Source: Escherichia coli
GTDB lineage: Bacteria; Pseudomonadota; Gammaproteobacteria; Enterobacterales; Enterobacteriaceae
Assembly: GCF_030384885.1 (NCBI RefSeq)
Contig: NZ_CP128613.1
Reading direction: 5' to 3' (one strand)
Length of the DNA stretch: 64,000 bases
The translations under genes were made by a program, and so were the position numbers. Below are positions 16,629-34,107 of the stretch, piece after piece (the stretch's first letter is position 1; each line of letters starts with the position of its first letter). The notes beneath the pieces are model-generated. The model searched no databases and had not been told where the DNA came from. It was given only the letters and a program-made list of their open reading frames with translations.

Positions 16629-17980
16629 GTCCCATTCTCCTGTAAAGCGCGTACTACCTCTTCCATGGCAGCACTACGTGAACCCTTAACTAAAATCGTA
16701 ATTACCTGTTGCTCAGCAATCAGTGATTTAAGACGTGTGATAAGCGCAGTTTTATCGGCAAAATGTTCACCAACGCCGCTGGCGGTACTGATAGCATGGC
16801 TTTGTTTACCCACACTTAACACGCGGTCAATACCCGCCGCCTTCGCCGCTTCGCCCACCTGTACATGGCAGGCCTCGCTTTCAGCGCCCAGTTCCGCCAT
16901 ATCGCCCACCACCAGCACACGGTAGCCCGGCATTTCAGCCAGTACCTGAACAGCGGCGGTCATGGAGCCGACGTTAGCGTTGTAGGAGTCGTCGAGCAGC
17001 AACTGATTTTCCGCCAGTTGAATGGGGAACAGACGGCCAGGAACAGCTTTCAGATTTGCCAGCCCCGCTTTAATAGCATCAAGCGTTGCGCCCACGGACA
17101 TGGAGAGCGCAGCGGCTGCCAGAGCATTCGCAATATTGTGACGCCCCGGCAACGGCAGCAGAACATCGACGCTACCCGTTGGGGTTTGCAGCGTAAATTC
17201 CGTACCGTGCGAGGTCACGTGGATATTGGTGGCGGTGAAATCGCTGTTGTTAGCATTCGGTGAGAAGCGCCACACTTTGCGTGAGCCAATCACACTCTGC
17301 CAGTTCAGCCAGTCGTTGTTGTCGGCATTCATAATGGCGATACCGTTTTCCGGCAGGCCGCTAAAGATTTCACCTTTCGCTTTCGCGACACCCGCAAGCG
17401 AGCCAAAACCTTCCAGATGCGCCGCTGCCAGGTTGTTGACCAGCGCCGCTTCCGGGCGAGTCAGACTCACAGTCCAGGCAATTTCGCCCTGATGGTTCGC
17501 GCCAAGTTCAATTACTGCGTAATCGTACTCTGGCGTTAAGCGCAACAGCGTCATCGGTACACCGATGTCGTTGTTGAGATTGCCTGCCGTATAAAGCGTG
17601 TTGCCACACTGGCTTAAAATCGCTGCCGTCATCTCTTTAACGGAGGTTTTGCCGGAGGAACCGGTCAGAGCAACCACGCGCGCCGGAACTTGCTGGCGAA
17701 CCCATGCAGCCAGTTCACCAAACGCCAGACGCGTATCCTTGACGATTAACTGCGGCAGATCGATATCCAGCGGACGGCTAACCAGCAGTGCACCCGCACC
17801 GCCAGCTTTCGCCTGGTCAGCAAAATCATGGGCATCGAAACGTTCGCCTTTCAGGGCAACAAACAGGCAACCCGGCGTCAGTTTTCGTGTGTCAGTGGTT
17901 ACAGCATCAAGGGTAATATCTGCCCCTTTTAGTTCACCGTTGAGAATATCGGTAAGTTGGCTAAGGGTTACGCTAATCAT
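16622..17980 (-). CDS. murF: UDP-MurNAc-tripeptide--D-alanyl-D-alanine ligase
   Basis: 452-aa ORF with GSSGKTS motif. Confidence 0.95.
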
Positions 17981-19464
17981 GCAATCACCCCCAGTAGACG
18001 CGCTACCGTGACGCGATCGGAGTAGTCCAGACGCTGGTTGCCAACAATCTGATAATCCTCATGGCCTTTGCCCGCGATCAGCACCACATCATTCTCTTTA
18101 GCCTGCATAACAGCGCAAGTCACCGCTTCAGCGCGGCCTTCCATCACTTTGGCATGTCCGGCGTCCAGCATTCCCGCCAGAATATCGTTGATGATAGCGC
18201 GCGGTTCTTCGGTACGCGGGTTATCGTCCGTTACCACCGCCACGTCAGCAAACTCTTCAGCAATTGCTCCCATCAGTGGACGCTTACCTTTATCGCGATC
18301 GCCACCACAGCCAAAGACGCACCACAGCTTGCCTGCACAGTGAAGACGTGCAGCCTGCAAGGCTTTTTCCAATGCATCCGGCGTATGCGCGTAATCCACC
18401 ACCACCGTCGGTTTGCCCGGTGCAGTGAACACTTCCATACGTCCGCAAACCGGTTGCAGACGCGCGGCGGTTTTTAACAGATCAGCCAGCGGGTAGCCAA
18501 GTGCCAGCAGCGTCGCCAGCGCGAGCAGCAGGTTGCTGACATTAAAAGCGCCCATCAGATGGCTTTCAATTTCGCCATCGCCCCAGCTTGAGCTAAAGCG
18601 AATAGTCGCACCGCTGTCGTGATAGTTCACGTCGGTCGCTTTCAACCAGCGTCCGTGACAATTCGGATTGATATGATCTTCCATTGATACCGCAACCGCG
18701 TCCGGCAGTTTTGCCAGCCAGCGGCGGCCCACTTCATCGTCGGCGTTAATAATCGCCTGACCGCAATGATGTTCAGAATAAAGCAGCCATTTCGCCGCTT
18801 CGTAGTGTTCCATATCACCATGGTAATCAAGGTGATCGCGACTCAAGTTGGTAAAGACCGACGCCGCAAATTTCAATGCCGCCACACGGTGCTGTACCAG
18901 TCCGTGGGAGGAAACTTCCATTGCGCAAAAAGTCGCGCCCTGATCCACCAGCCCCGCCAGCTCATGCTGAACATCGACTGCCGAACCGGTGGTATTTTCT
19001 GTCGGGATCACTTTTCCCAGCAGGCCGTTACCAACGGTGCCCATTACCGCGCTGGTTTCGCCAAGCAGTTGGCTCCACTGCGCCAGAAGCTGAGTAGTCG
19101 TAGTTTTGCCGTTGGTGCCCGTTACGCCCACGAGACGTAAATTGTCAGAGGGTTCATGGTAAAAGCGGCCCGCAAGTGCAGATAAACGCTCATTGAGCTG
19201 GCTGAGATAGATGACTGGTACGCCGTGCATTTCACGGATTTCACCGTCGGTCGCCTCATCTTTCGCCTCTGCAATAATGGCAGCCACACCTTGCGCTATC
19301 GCCTGCGGGATATATCGACGCCCGTCCGCCTGATGACCTACTACAGCTACAAAGAGATCGCCCGCCGCAGCCACACGGCTGTCGAGTGTCATCTCTCGCA
19401 GTGCTCGCGAAGGTGCGTCTGGCACCCACGGAGCAAGAAGGTCGCGCAAATTACGATCTGCCAC
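17977..19464 (-). CDS. murE: UDP-MurNAc-L-Ala-D-Glu--meso-diaminopimelate ligase
   Basis: 495-aa ORF with GTNGKTTTT motif. Confidence 0.95.
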
Positions 19465-21217
19465 CTGTCCCCTCGCCTTGATTAATCACAAATTCATTTT
19501 TATCACCCGTTGTCAGCGCATCCGGCTCGATGTTCATGGTACGCAATACGCCGCCCATGATGGCACCAAAGACCGGCGCGGAAACGGCGCCGCCGTAGTA
19601 TTTACCCGCCTGCGGATCGTTGATAACAACAACCAGCGCGAAGCGCGGCTGACTCGCAGGCGCAACGCCTGCGGTATAAGCAATATATTTATTGATGTAG
19701 CGACCGTCCGGCCCGACCTTTTTCGCGGTACCGGTTTTAATGGCGATACGATAGCCTTTAATCGCCGCCTTCACGCCGCCGCCGCCCGGTAGCGCCACGC
19801 TTTCCATCATATGCACCACGGTGCGAACAATGGATTCCGGGAAGACGCGTTCACCGGGAACCGGGGGATCAACTTTGGTAATCGACAGCGGGCGATAAAT
19901 GCCATAGCTGCCGATAGTTGCGTAGACTCGCGCTAACTGTAACGGTGTTACCATTAGCCCGTAGCCGAAAGAGAAGGTGGCCCTCTCTATGTCAGACCAC
20001 CGTTGTTTTTGAGGATATAAGCCACTGCGTTCTCCGACCAACCCCAAATTGGTCGCTTTTCCCAGTCCAAAACGTGAGTAAGTATCTACTAACGCTGAGG
20101 ACGGCATCGCTAACGCCAGTTTGGAAACACCGACGTTACTCGACTTCTGTAATACCCCGGTCAGGGTTAATTCGCTGTAGCGTGCCACGTCTTTGATTTC
20201 GTGGCCGTTAATCCGATAAGGAACGGTATTCAGTACCGAGTTTTCTCGCACCACGCCACGTTGCAACGCGGTCATCACCACCATCGGTTTGACCGTTGAG
20301 CCAGGTTCAAACACGTCGGTGATGGTACGGTTACGCATCGCCTCTTTCGGCGTGCCACTCAGATTGTTTGGGTTGTATGACGGGCTGTTAGCCATCGCCA
20401 ACACTTCACCGGTGTTGACATCCACCAGCACGGCACTACCGGATTCAGCCTTGTTAAAGGCCACCGCGTTATTCAGTTCGCGATAAACCAGCGCCTGCAG
20501 GCGTTCATCAATACTCAGCGCCAGGTTGTGTGCCGCCTGACTGTCGGTGGAAGAGATATCTTCAATTACGCGACCATAGCGGTCTTTACGCACAATGCGC
20601 TCGCCAGGCTGCCCGGTAAGCCATTTATCGAAACTCTTCTCGACGCCCTCAATCCCCTGACTATCGACGTTAGTAAAGCCGATGAGGTGAGCGGTCACTT
20701 CGCCAGACGGATAGTAACGGCGAGATTCTTCACGTAGATGAATCCCCGGCAGCTTCAGTTTTTTGATGTACTCTGCCATGTCAGGGTTTACCTGACGCGC
20801 CAGATAAATAAAGCGCCCTTTCGGGTTGGCGTTAATGCGGGCTGAAAGCTGATCCAATGGAATGTTGAGCGCGTTAGCCAACGCCTTCCAGCGGTCACCG
20901 ACGCTGATACCACCAGCGTCATGCACCTCTTTCGGGTCAGCCCAAATCGCTTTTACCGGCACGCTCACCGCTAACGGGCGACCAGAACGGTCAGTAATCA
21001 TGCCGCGGGAGGTGGAAACTTGCTGAACGCGAAGAGAACGCATGTCGCCCTCTTTTACCAGCATATCCGGGGAGATAACTTGTAACCACGCTACGCGTCC
21101 GAGCAGAAAAGCCAGCGCCAGGAGAATACAGCCGCATAACAACGCAAAACGCCAACTGATAAAGTTGGCATGTTCTTCCTGACGTTTTGGTTTCTGCGTT
21201 TTCGCCGCTGCTTTCAT
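19451..21217 (-). CDS. ftsI: peptidoglycan transpeptidase FtsI (PBP3)
   Basis: 588-aa ORF with penicillin-binding motifs STVK and KTG. Confidence 0.95.
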
Positions 21218-21232
21218 GCGTCGCGTTTATCC

Positions 21233-21598
21233 TTATTTTTGCACTACGATATTTTCTTGTGACGGATCAACATGCTGCATTTGCAGCTTTTCCGTGGCGA
21301 TCCTTTCCACCCGGCTATGGTCGCCGAGCGCATTCTCTTCAAGGATCAGGTTGCGCCATTCAATGTCTAAAGCATCTCGCTCCAGCACCAGTTGTTCGCG
21401 CTGAGCGGTCAGCAAACGGGTGTGGTGCGCCGTGGTTACCACGGTCACCGCCGTCAAAATAATGCAAATGAACAGGCAGAGTGGCAGCTTCCCAAATCGC
21501 AATAGATCGTCACCGATAACACCAGGCAATGCATGGCGCTCGTGGCTTCCCATCGATCCTTTAACTTTGCTTAGAGCTTCTGTCACTCTGCTGATCAT
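21233..21598 (-). CDS. ftsL: cell division protein FtsL
   Basis: 121-aa ORF with a single transmembrane segment; synteny. Confidence 0.9.
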
Positions 21599-22536
21599 GC
21601 GTTCGTCCTCTCTGCAATACGCAGAACTGAACTACGGGCACGAGGGTTCTCAGCCACCTCTTCTTCGCCCGGCATTAACTTGCCTAGTGCTCGCAGCTGA
21701 CGGCCACCCAGTTTTTTGAGCTGCTCTTCAGTCATCGGTAACCCTGCCGGAACTTGCGGACCGCGGCTGTTTTCACGCATAAAGCGCTTCACAATGCGGT
21801 CTTCCAGCGAGTGGAAGCTGATGATTGAAAGCCGCCCACCCGGGGCCAGCACGTTGAGCGAGCTTTTTAGCGCCTGCTCTATCTCCTCCAGTTCACTGTT
21901 TACCCAAATGCGCACCGCCTGGAAGGTACGGGTCGCGGGATGTTTAAACTTATCTTTCACCGGCGTTGCGGCAGCCACGACTTCCGCCAGTTCTTTGGTG
22001 CGGGTCATCGGCTGTTCGCGGTTTCGCTCGACAATGGCGCGGGCAATGCGTTTGGCAAAACGCTCTTCACCATAGGTTTTCAATACCCAGGCGATATCGG
22101 CTTCTTCTGCGGTTTGTAGCCATTCAGCGGCTGACTGCCCACGGGTTGGGTCCATACGCATGTCCAGCGGGCCATCGCGCATAAAGGAAAAGCCGCGTTC
22201 TGCATCATCAAGTTGCGGTGAAGAGACACCAAGATCGAGGAGAATGCCGTCGATCTTGCCGATAAGATCGCGCTCGGCAACGTATTCGCCCAGCGCGGAG
22301 AAAGGTCCATGGATGATGGAGAAGCGCGGATCATCAATAGTCTTCGCAACGGCGATAGCCTGCGGGTCGCGATCGATCGCCAGCAAACGCCCCTCTTCGC
22401 CAAGCTGCGAGAGGATCAGACGTGAGTGACCACCGCGACCAAAAGTCCCATCAATGTAGATGCCATCAGGACGGATATTGAGGCCATTAACGGCTTCATC
22501 CAGCAGCACCGTAGTATGTTTATAGTTTTCCATCAT
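21595..22536 (-). CDS. rsmH: 16S rRNA m4C1402 methyltransferase RsmH (MraW)
   Basis: Start trimmed to [14 protein letters not shown] to give 313 aa; synteny. Confidence 0.9.
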
Positions 22537-22537
22537 T

Positions 22538-22996
22538 TTATAGAGACAAGTCCTGCAGTCGCTCCGATAAGTCTCCAGTAGCCAACTGCTCTGCGTCGAT
22601 ATCTTCCTTGACCTGTTGATGCCAGGTTGTTTCATCCCACAGCTCAAACTTGTTGAACTGTCCAACCAGCATCACTTCTTTTGTCAGCCCGGCATGTTGC
22701 CGCAGTACTGGCGCGATTAACAATCGACCGGCGCCATCCATCTGACATTCGCTGGCATGACCTAACAGAAGGCGCTGCACACGGCGCTCAACCGGGTTCA
22801 TGCTCGACAGACGCGATAATTTTTGCTCGATAATTTCCCATTCAGGCAGGGGGTAAAGCAGCAGGCACGGGTGATGAATGTCAATGGTGCAAACCATTTG
22901 ACCGGCAGCGTTCTCAAGCAGCTGTTCCCGATAACGGGTAGGCACTGATAAGCGCCCTTTGCTGTCGAGATTGACTAACGTTGCTCCCCGGAACAT
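22538..22996 (-). CDS. mraZ: transcriptional regulator MraZ
   Basis: Start trimmed to [15 protein letters not shown] to give 152 aa; first gene of the dcw cluster. Confidence 0.9.
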
Positions 22997-22999
22997 GCC

Positions 23000-23596
23000 A
23001 GCCTCACCCCTTATTCCCACTTTGCCCCACAATTTCCCACTGAAAGGAGTTTACGGAGCGGAGGAAAAGCTTGTCAAGCCAGTCACAAGGCATACCGAGG
23101 TAAAAAACCCGATGTTTACGGCTAATATCAGCGTTGTTTATTTTACGTCCAACGTGCGAAGCAAATTAACGTTATGAATAGCTGTAAGAAAAAATCCCTC
23201 ATCGTCATCACCGTTTTAAAATGACTAACTATTTTCCACAGCAAATATAAAGTGTCAGTTTGCGACGCGAGCGGCATTTTAGGACATATCTTCCCCGGTT
23301 AACAGTCCCTGTTGCGTCTGTGTGGCGCTTGATGCCAGCAGGTTTGCGCAAAAGCAAAGAAAAGTGTTTGTTAAATCGGCAATTCATCTCTGCATGTAAC
23401 AAAATAATGCAAAAACGCTCTGTCAATATTGCTTAATTATTGTGAATTTCAGCAGGTGAGTTAATTAATGGGCGGGTTTAAAAGCATTTATCAATAATAG
23501 CCAGGAATAGTCTTATTTACTTTAAGGATATTGATGTCCATTCCCGTACTCGACGCGCCAATGAGAAATTCACTGGCGCGTATTTTTGTTCGCGGC
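23000..23596 (-). promoter_or_regulatory. mraZ upstream region containing the dcw cluster promoter (Pmra)
   Basis: About 600-bp non-coding gap upstream of mraZ; assignment is by position only, promoter hexamers not individually mapped. Confidence 0.4.
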
Positions 23597-24601
23597 TTAG
23601 TTACGGCTGAGCACGCCGCGGCGATAGAGATTACGTTTAATGCGCGTTAACCCAGGTTTTGGCTTACGCGGTTCGTCCAGGCTTGCCAGGACAATTTCCA
23701 GCACACGCTCTGCGACATCGCGGTGACGTTGAGCCACTGCCAGCACCGGGCACTGTAAGAAGTCGAGCAGTTCGTTATCGCCAAAGGTGGCAATTGCCAG
23801 GTCAGAAGGCAGTTTGCCATCGCGACGCAGCGTGACATCCATCACCCCTTGCAACAACGCAAACGACGTTGTGAACAGCGCCTGCGGCATCGGATGCGTT
23901 TCCAGCCATTTTTCGAATAACTGGGCAGCCGCCTCCCGCTCATAACTGTTGGCATAAAGGAAATGCACTTCGCGCGGATCATCTTTCCAGGCAGTACGGA
24001 AACCTTGCTCACGCAAGAAGCTCACAGAAAGCTCCGGCAGCGCGCCAAGATAAAGCACCGTCTCGGCGGGAAACTTACGTAACTCTTCCGCCAGCATTTC
24101 GGCATCATCCTGATCGGCACCAACCACGCTGGTGAAGTGTTCACGATCGAGGGCGCGATCCAGCGCGACAATCGGGAACGGGTCGTTAGCCCAGCGTTGA
24201 TAAAAAGGATGCTCTGGTGGCAACGACGTCGAAACAATAATGGCATCAACCTGACGCTGTAGAAGATGCTCAATACAACGCATTTCGTTGTCTGGCTGAT
24301 CTTCTGAGCAAGCAATCAGCAGTTGATAACCCCGTTGCCGCGCCTGACGTTCAAGATAATTAGCGATGCGGGTATAGCTGGTGTTCTCCAGATCGGGGAT
24401 CACAAGACCAATAGAACGTGTGCGTCCAGCACGAAGCCCAGCTGCCACGGCGTTCGGGTGGTAATTGTGCTCACGCACCACAGCCATGACTTTTTCAACG
24501 GTTTTGTCGCTCACACGGTATTGCTTCGCTTTGCCGTTAATAACATAGCTTGCAGTGGTCCGCGACACTCCCGCTAGCCGAGCGATTTCATCCAGTTTCA
24601 C
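23597..24601 (-). CDS. cra: catabolite repressor/activator Cra (FruR), LacI family
   Basis: 334-aa ORF with N-terminal [26 protein letters not shown]. Confidence 0.93.
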   Translation of the reverse strand: MKLDEIARLAGVSRTTASYVINGKAKQYRVSDKTVEKVMAVVREHNYHPNAVAAGLRAGRTRSIGLVIPDLENTSYTRIANYLERQARQRGYQLLIACSEDQPDNEMRCIEHLLQRQVDAIIVSTSLPPEHPFYQRWANDPFPIVALDRALDREHFTSVVGADQDDAEMLAEELRKFPAETVLYLGALPELSVSFLREQGFRTAWKDDPREVHFLYANSYEREAAAQLFEKWLETHPMPQALFTTSFALLQGVMDVTLRRDGKLPSDLAIATFGDNELLDFLQCPVLAVAQRHRDVAERVLEIVLASLDEPRKPKPGLTRIKRNLYRRGVLSRN

Positions 24602-24780
24602 AATTGCCCCTTGCGTAAAATGTAAAAACCATAGCCATTGTACTGGTATGGGTTAAATTCATTAACATCTAAGCGCAGAAAATTAACTGCGGCAACTGCT
24701 TTTATTCCAGGTTCCCACTGAATTCGCAAAAAAAGCCCAACGTGACATGTTGGGCTGCAAATTGCGCATTGAGATCATTC

Positions 24781-25272
24781 TCAACGCATTATTTTTTCAC
24801 CGCGCGAAAGTCCGACCACGCCAGAGCGAGCAACTTCCACAATTTTCGCCACATCGCGAATCGATGCTAAAAATGCATCAAGCTTATCGCTGGTGCCTGC
24901 CAGTTGGACGGTGTAAAGCGATGGCGTGACATCGATGATTTGCCCTCGAAATATTTCCGTATTGCGCTTCACTTCGTCACGTCCGTAGCCGCTGGCCTGA
25001 ATTTTCACCAGCATGATTTCCCGCTCAACGTGCGCCCCCTGCCCCAGCTCGCTCACGCGCAATACATCGACCAGTTTGTGTAATTGCTTTTCGATCTGCT
25101 CAAGCACTTTTTCATCGCCCACGGTCTGGATGGTCATACGCGATAATGTCGGATCGTCAGTTGGCGCAACTGTCAGGCTTTCAATGTTGTAGCCACGCTG
25201 GGAAAAAAGGCCAATCACGCGGGATAACGCGCCTGATTCGTTTTCGAGTAAGACTGATAATATCCGGCGCAT
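24781..25272 (-). CDS. ilvH: acetolactate synthase III small subunit
   Basis: Start trimmed to [19 protein letters not shown] to give 163 aa; directly follows ilvI. Confidence 0.9.
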   Translation of the reverse strand: MRRILSVLLENESGALSRVIGLFSQRGYNIESLTVAPTDDPTLSRMTIQTVGDEKVLEQIEKQLHKLVDVLRVSELGQGAHVEREIMLVKIQASGYGRDEVKRNTEIFRGQIIDVTPSLYTVQLAGTSDKLDAFLASIRDVAKIVEVARSGVVGLSRGEKIMR

Positions 25273-25274
25273 AA

Positions 25275-26999
25275 TCAGGTTCTCTCCGTTTTGCTTAACC
25301 ACATTTCATCCATTCCGCCCCCGCGAATCTGCATCGGGTAGACGTGCTCACTGCCATCGACGGTAACATCAACAAACACCAGACGATTATTGCGCACCTG
25401 TTCCAGCGCCTCGCTAAGTTTGCTTTCCAGCTCTTGCGGATGAGAAATCTGAATCCCGACATGCCCATAGGCTTCCGCCAGACGGACGAAATCGGGTAGC
25501 GATTGCATATAAGATTGTGAATGACGGCCGGAATAGATCATGTCCTGCCACTGCTTCACCATCCCCAGATAGCGATTATTGAGATTCACCACCAATACCG
25601 GCAACTCGTATTGCAAGGCGGTAGACAGTTCCTGAATGTTCATCTGAATACTGCCGTCACCAGTGACGCAAACCACGGTTTCTTCTGGCAGCGCCATTTT
25701 GACACCCAGTGCCGCAGGTAAACCAAACCCCATCGTGCCGAGGCCACCAGAGTTAATCCAGCGACGCGGTTTGTCGAAAGGATAATAAAGTGCGGCGAAC
25801 ATCTGGTGCTGCCCGACATCAGAGGTCACGTAAGCGTCCCCCTTCGTCAGCCGCCAAAGAGTCTCGATAACCGCCTGCGGTTTAATCTTTTCACTGTGAG
25901 TGTCATATTTCAGGCACTGACGAGCGCGCCACTGTTCAATCTGCTGCCACCAGTCGCGGATCTCATCCAGCGGTTGATGGGCGGATTCTTGCGACAGGAG
26001 TTCAAGCATTTGTTCGAGGACCTGGCGGGCATCCCCCACAATCGGGATATCAGCAGTCACGGTTTTAGAAATTGAAGTTGGATCAATATCGATATGCAGA
26101 ACCGTGGCATTTGGGCAGTACTTTGCCAGATTGTTCGTCGTTCGGTCATCAAAACGTACCCCGACGGCGAAAATCACATCCGCGTTATGCATCGTCATAT
26201 TGGCTTCGTAGGTGCCGTGCATTCCCAGCATGCCCAGAGCCTGACGATGCGTTGCCGGAAACGCCCCCAGCCCCATTAGTGAGGAAACAACGGGCAGATT
26301 CAACGCCTCCACCGTGTCTTTCAACTGCTGATGGCAGCCCGCCGTGATTGCCCCACCGCCTACATACACAACCGGTTTTTTTGCCGCCACCAGCGTTTGC
26401 AGAGCGCGCTTAATTTGCCCTTTATGTCCGGAGGTCGTGGGATTGTAAGACCGCATACTGACCGACTCCGGCCAGACGTAGGGTAATTTGTTCGCAGGAT
26501 TAAGAATATCTTTCGGTAAATCAACGACCACTGGTCCAGGGCGACCACTTGCCGCCAGCCAAAAAGCCTTTTTCAGCACCTGCGGAATGTCTTCCGTTTG
26601 CTTAACCAGAAAACTGTGCTTCACCACTGGGCGGGAAATTCCCACCATGTCGCACTCCTGAAAAGCATCGTAGCCTATCAACGAAGTTGCTACCTGCCCG
26701 GAAAGAACAACCAAGGGAATGGAGTCCATATAAGCGGTGGCGATGCCGGTAATCGCATTGGTCGCCCCTGGCCCCGATGTTACCAGCACGACGCCGACTT
26801 CCCCGGTCGCGCGTGCCAGACCATCGGCCATATGCACCGCCGCCTGCTCATGACGAACTAATACATGATCGATACCACCCACGGTATGCAATGCATCGTA
26901 AATATCAAGGACCGCGCCTCCGGGATAACCGAATACTTGTTTAACGCCCTGATCGATAAGCGATCGGACGACCATCTCGGCTCCAGACAACATCTCCAT
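25275..26999 (-). CDS. ilvI: acetolactate synthase III large subunit
   Basis: Start trimmed to [11 protein letters not shown] to give 574 aa; thiamine-diphosphate enzyme. Confidence 0.93.
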   Translation of the reverse strand: MEMLSGAEMVVRSLIDQGVKQVFGYPGGAVLDIYDALHTVGGIDHVLVRHEQAAVHMADGLARATGEVGVVLVTSGPGATNAITGIATAYMDSIPLVVLSGQVATSLIGYDAFQECDMVGISRPVVKHSFLVKQTEDIPQVLKKAFWLAASGRPGPVVVDLPKDILNPANKLPYVWPESVSMRSYNPTTSGHKGQIKRALQTLVAAKKPVVYVGGGAITAGCHQQLKDTVEALNLPVVSSLMGLGAFPATHRQALGMLGMHGTYEANMTMHNADVIFAVGVRFDDRTTNNLAKYCPNATVLHIDIDPTSISKTVTADIPIVGDARQVLEQMLELLSQESAHQPLDEIRDWWQQIEQWRARQCLKYDTHSEKIKPQAVIETLWRLTKGDAYVTSDVGQHQMFAALYYPFDKPRRWINSGGLGTMGFGLPAALGVKMALPEETVVCVTGDGSIQMNIQELSTALQYELPVLVVNLNNRYLGMVKQWQDMIYSGRHSQSYMQSLPDFVRLAEAYGHVGIQISHPQELESKLSEALEQVRNNRLVFVDVTVDGSEHVYPMQIRGGGMDEMWLSKTERT

Positions 27000-27011
27000 G
27001 GCCTGCCTCAC

Positions 27012-27315
27012 TGTTTAACGGAAAAATGTGTAAAACACATTAACCGCCCGATCTTGCTTAAGCAATTGGTAGCCAGAGACATAAATACGAGGTAATAAGA
27101 ATAAACAGGAGGAAAGGTGAAAAGAAACGATAAAATCCTCCATTACGGAGGATTAAATTGATAATAAATCGGCTAAATCCCACAACTTACAGCAATTTCT
27201 CTATTTTTTTAATTAATCCTAAAATAGTGAACTCACACATTCAGAATAAAATTCTATATTCAATAAAAAATACAGAATAAATCAGTAATCAATATCTGAC
27301 CTATTCTGCATTCAG
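27012..27315 (-). promoter_or_regulatory. ilvIH promoter/upstream region (AT-rich)
   Basis: AT-rich gap between leuO and ilvI; this is where the Lrp-activated ilvIH promoter is expected; individual sites not mapped. Confidence 0.4.
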
Positions 27316-28260
27316 TTAGCGTTTGCAAATTGAGACTAATTGCTCTTCCATCCACTGATGGCCTTTGTCGCGCCCGGCAGCTTCATGCCAGGAGAGATAA
27401 CAGGTTCTGCTATTTTGTTTTAATGGCAGCGGTAATACCTGTAACTCTAAAGATTCAGCGAACTCTTCAGCCAGCCAACGCGGCGCAATAGCGACCAGAT
27501 GCGTTTGCGACACCACGCTCAGTACACTCATCATTGCCATGCCCTGATACGCGATACTGGCTTGTTTATCTACCGTGTCATACCACGGTTGACTAAATGA
27601 CGCGAAACGATCGAGCGAAACTGCCGCATGTTGTTCGTTATAAACATCATGTTTCAGTAACGGGCCTTTAATTGTTGGATGATTTTTGCTGGCTACCAGC
27701 ACCATTTCATCTTTAAATAATGGCACACTGGTAAATTCAGGACGATGGAAGTCTTCATAACTAATCACAAACTCCGTTTCCTGATAACGCAGTTGATGTT
27801 CAGTGTTCTGATTTAATGAAGACTTGAACATAACATGTATATTTGGCGCAGTTTGCTCAATGTGATTATAAATCTGCGAGGTCAGAATGCTGTCTAACGG
27901 ACTGCAAACACAAAGATGAAATACACGTTCACTGCTCGCGGGTTCAAAACCTGAACCTGGCAATTCATTTTGTACTAATTGCAATGCCTGACGAACTGAA
28001 CCAAAAAGTTGAAATGCGCGAGCAGTCGGTTGAATGCCACGGCCATAACGAACAAAAAGCTCGTCATTAAACATCACCTTCAGGCGTGCAACCGCGTTAC
28101 TGACCGCAGGTTGCGACATCCCCAGAACATGAGCGGCACGGGTGATGTTTTGCTCCTGCATCACGGCATCGAAAACGGTTAATAAGTTGAGATCGACCAT
28201 GCGTAGTTGTGGCTTGCTTAACTCCGCCGTCTCTGGTTGCTCTGTTTGTACCTCTGGCAT
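27316..28260 (-). CDS. leuO: LysR-family transcriptional regulator LeuO
   Basis: Start trimmed to [27 protein letters not shown] to give 314 aa; LysR HTH. Confidence 0.9.
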   Translation of the reverse strand: MPEVQTEQPETAELSKPQLRMVDLNLLTVFDAVMQEQNITRAAHVLGMSQPAVSNAVARLKVMFNDELFVRYGRGIQPTARAFQLFGSVRQALQLVQNELPGSGFEPASSERVFHLCVCSPLDSILTSQIYNHIEQTAPNIHVMFKSSLNQNTEHQLRYQETEFVISYEDFHRPEFTSVPLFKDEMVLVASKNHPTIKGPLLKHDVYNEQHAAVSLDRFASFSQPWYDTVDKQASIAYQGMAMMSVLSVVSQTHLVAIAPRWLAEEFAESLELQVLPLPLKQNSRTCYLSWHEAAGRDKGHQWMEEQLVSICKR

Positions 28261-28919
28261 ACTTAACTCCACTGTCACACTTAACTCCCTTTCCCTTATT
28301 GGAATGCAGAGAAATAATCCTCGAGAATATGATTTATCATGCATATAAAATAAGAAAAAGGAAAATGAGAAAAATTAGGAAAACATAAAGATACGGGTTC
28401 TTATAAAAACAGAACCCATTGCCGAGTAAAGAGTCATTTACCGCAGCATAATAATCCATAATGTTTTTGTTGCGAAAGCAATCTAATCATAACTACCGCG
28501 AATACTCAATCATCCACAAAATGGATTAAATGTGCTTTTTTAATAATTAATTTATATGTTTAATGCATTAATTCTTAACATTAATCGAACAATAATATTC
28601 ACCAAATGAATATCAAAAAAATTAGCAAAACATATAATTCAATACAAATCATCAAGATAGGTTTTGTAACGCGTGCATTTTATCCCCCTTTTCCTCGTTG
28701 ATTAGATACAAAAATTTATTCTGAAATATGTCAACCGATGAAAAGCGTCGGTGGTTAAGCAGAAATTAATATCGCTTGTTTTAACCACTGCAGCACAATT
28801 AGCTAATTTGACGAATGCAGAACTCACTCTGGCGGAACGTTTTTGTTGCGTCAGGGTTGACATCCGTTTTTGTATCCAGTAACTCTAAAAGCATATCGTA
28901 TTCATCTGGAGCTGATTTA

Positions 28920-29006
28920 ATGACTCACATCGTTCGCTTTATCGGTCTACTACTACTAAACGCATCTTCTTTGCGCGGTAGACGAGTGAGCGGCATTCAG
29001 CATTAA
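28920..29006 (+). CDS. leuL: leu operon leader peptide
   Basis: 28-aa peptide [28 protein letters not shown] with four consecutive Leu codons. Confidence 0.9.
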
Positions 29007-29019
29007 GCCAGCACGCAGT

Positions 29020-29056
29020 CAAACAAAAAACCCGCGCCATTGCGCGGGTTTTTTTA
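29020..29056 (+). terminator. leu operon attenuator terminator
   Basis: Stem aaacccgcgc...gcgcgggttt followed by a T-run, between leuL and leuA. Confidence 0.8.
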
Positions 29057-29098
29057 TGCCCGAAGCGAGGCGCTCAAAAAGAGACAAGGACCCAAACC

Positions 29099-31761
<2,663 letters not shown>

Positions 31762-31763
31762 TC

Positions 31764-33780
<2,017 letters not shown>

Positions 33781-33811
33781 TTTGTACACCGTCCGGCACT
33801 CAATCGCCAAA

Positions 33812-34040
33812 AAGAAAAAAGCCAGCAGATAATCACTGCTGGCGTGGCGATTAACACCAATACTCAGTCACACATGATGTCCGCAAATCAGTAGTCAGAA
33901 TGACTCCCCTCCCACTGCATCAGCTCTTCAAGCATGGTTAATCGTTGTGGGACGCTTAACCAACGCAACCAGCACAACGTCGCTGTCGCGGTAAAATAGT
34001 GCTGATAAAACTGACGCATGGGGCACCTCCTTGCTTCATC
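33812..34040 (-). ncRNA. sgrS: SgrS small RNA (glucose-phosphate stress), dual-function
   Basis: 5' end reads GATGAAGCAAGGAGGTGCCCCATG on the minus strand; ptsG-pairing region GTGTGACTGAGTATTGGTGT; 3' hairpin ccagcagtgattatctgctgg plus T-run; divergent from sgrR. Confidence 0.8.
33888..34019 (-). CDS. sgrT: SgrT small protein encoded within SgrS
   Basis: 43-aa ORF MRQFYQHYFTATATLCWLRWLSVPQRLTMLEELMQWEGSHSDY inside the sgrS transcript. Confidence 0.7.
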   Translation of the reverse strand: MRQFYQHYFTATATLCWLRWLSVPQRLTMLEELMQWEGSHSDY

Positions 34041-34107
34041 GTTAGGAATTATTGACTTAATATAGGGAAAATAAAATTGCTGACTTTTGCGCAGGAGTTC
34101 CCCTTTT

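Noticed and set aside
23229-23426. 65-aa ORF in the mraZ upstream region
   Set aside because: Lies in the long 5' leader/promoter region of the dcw cluster; no SD or conservation signal I can see; probably not coding.
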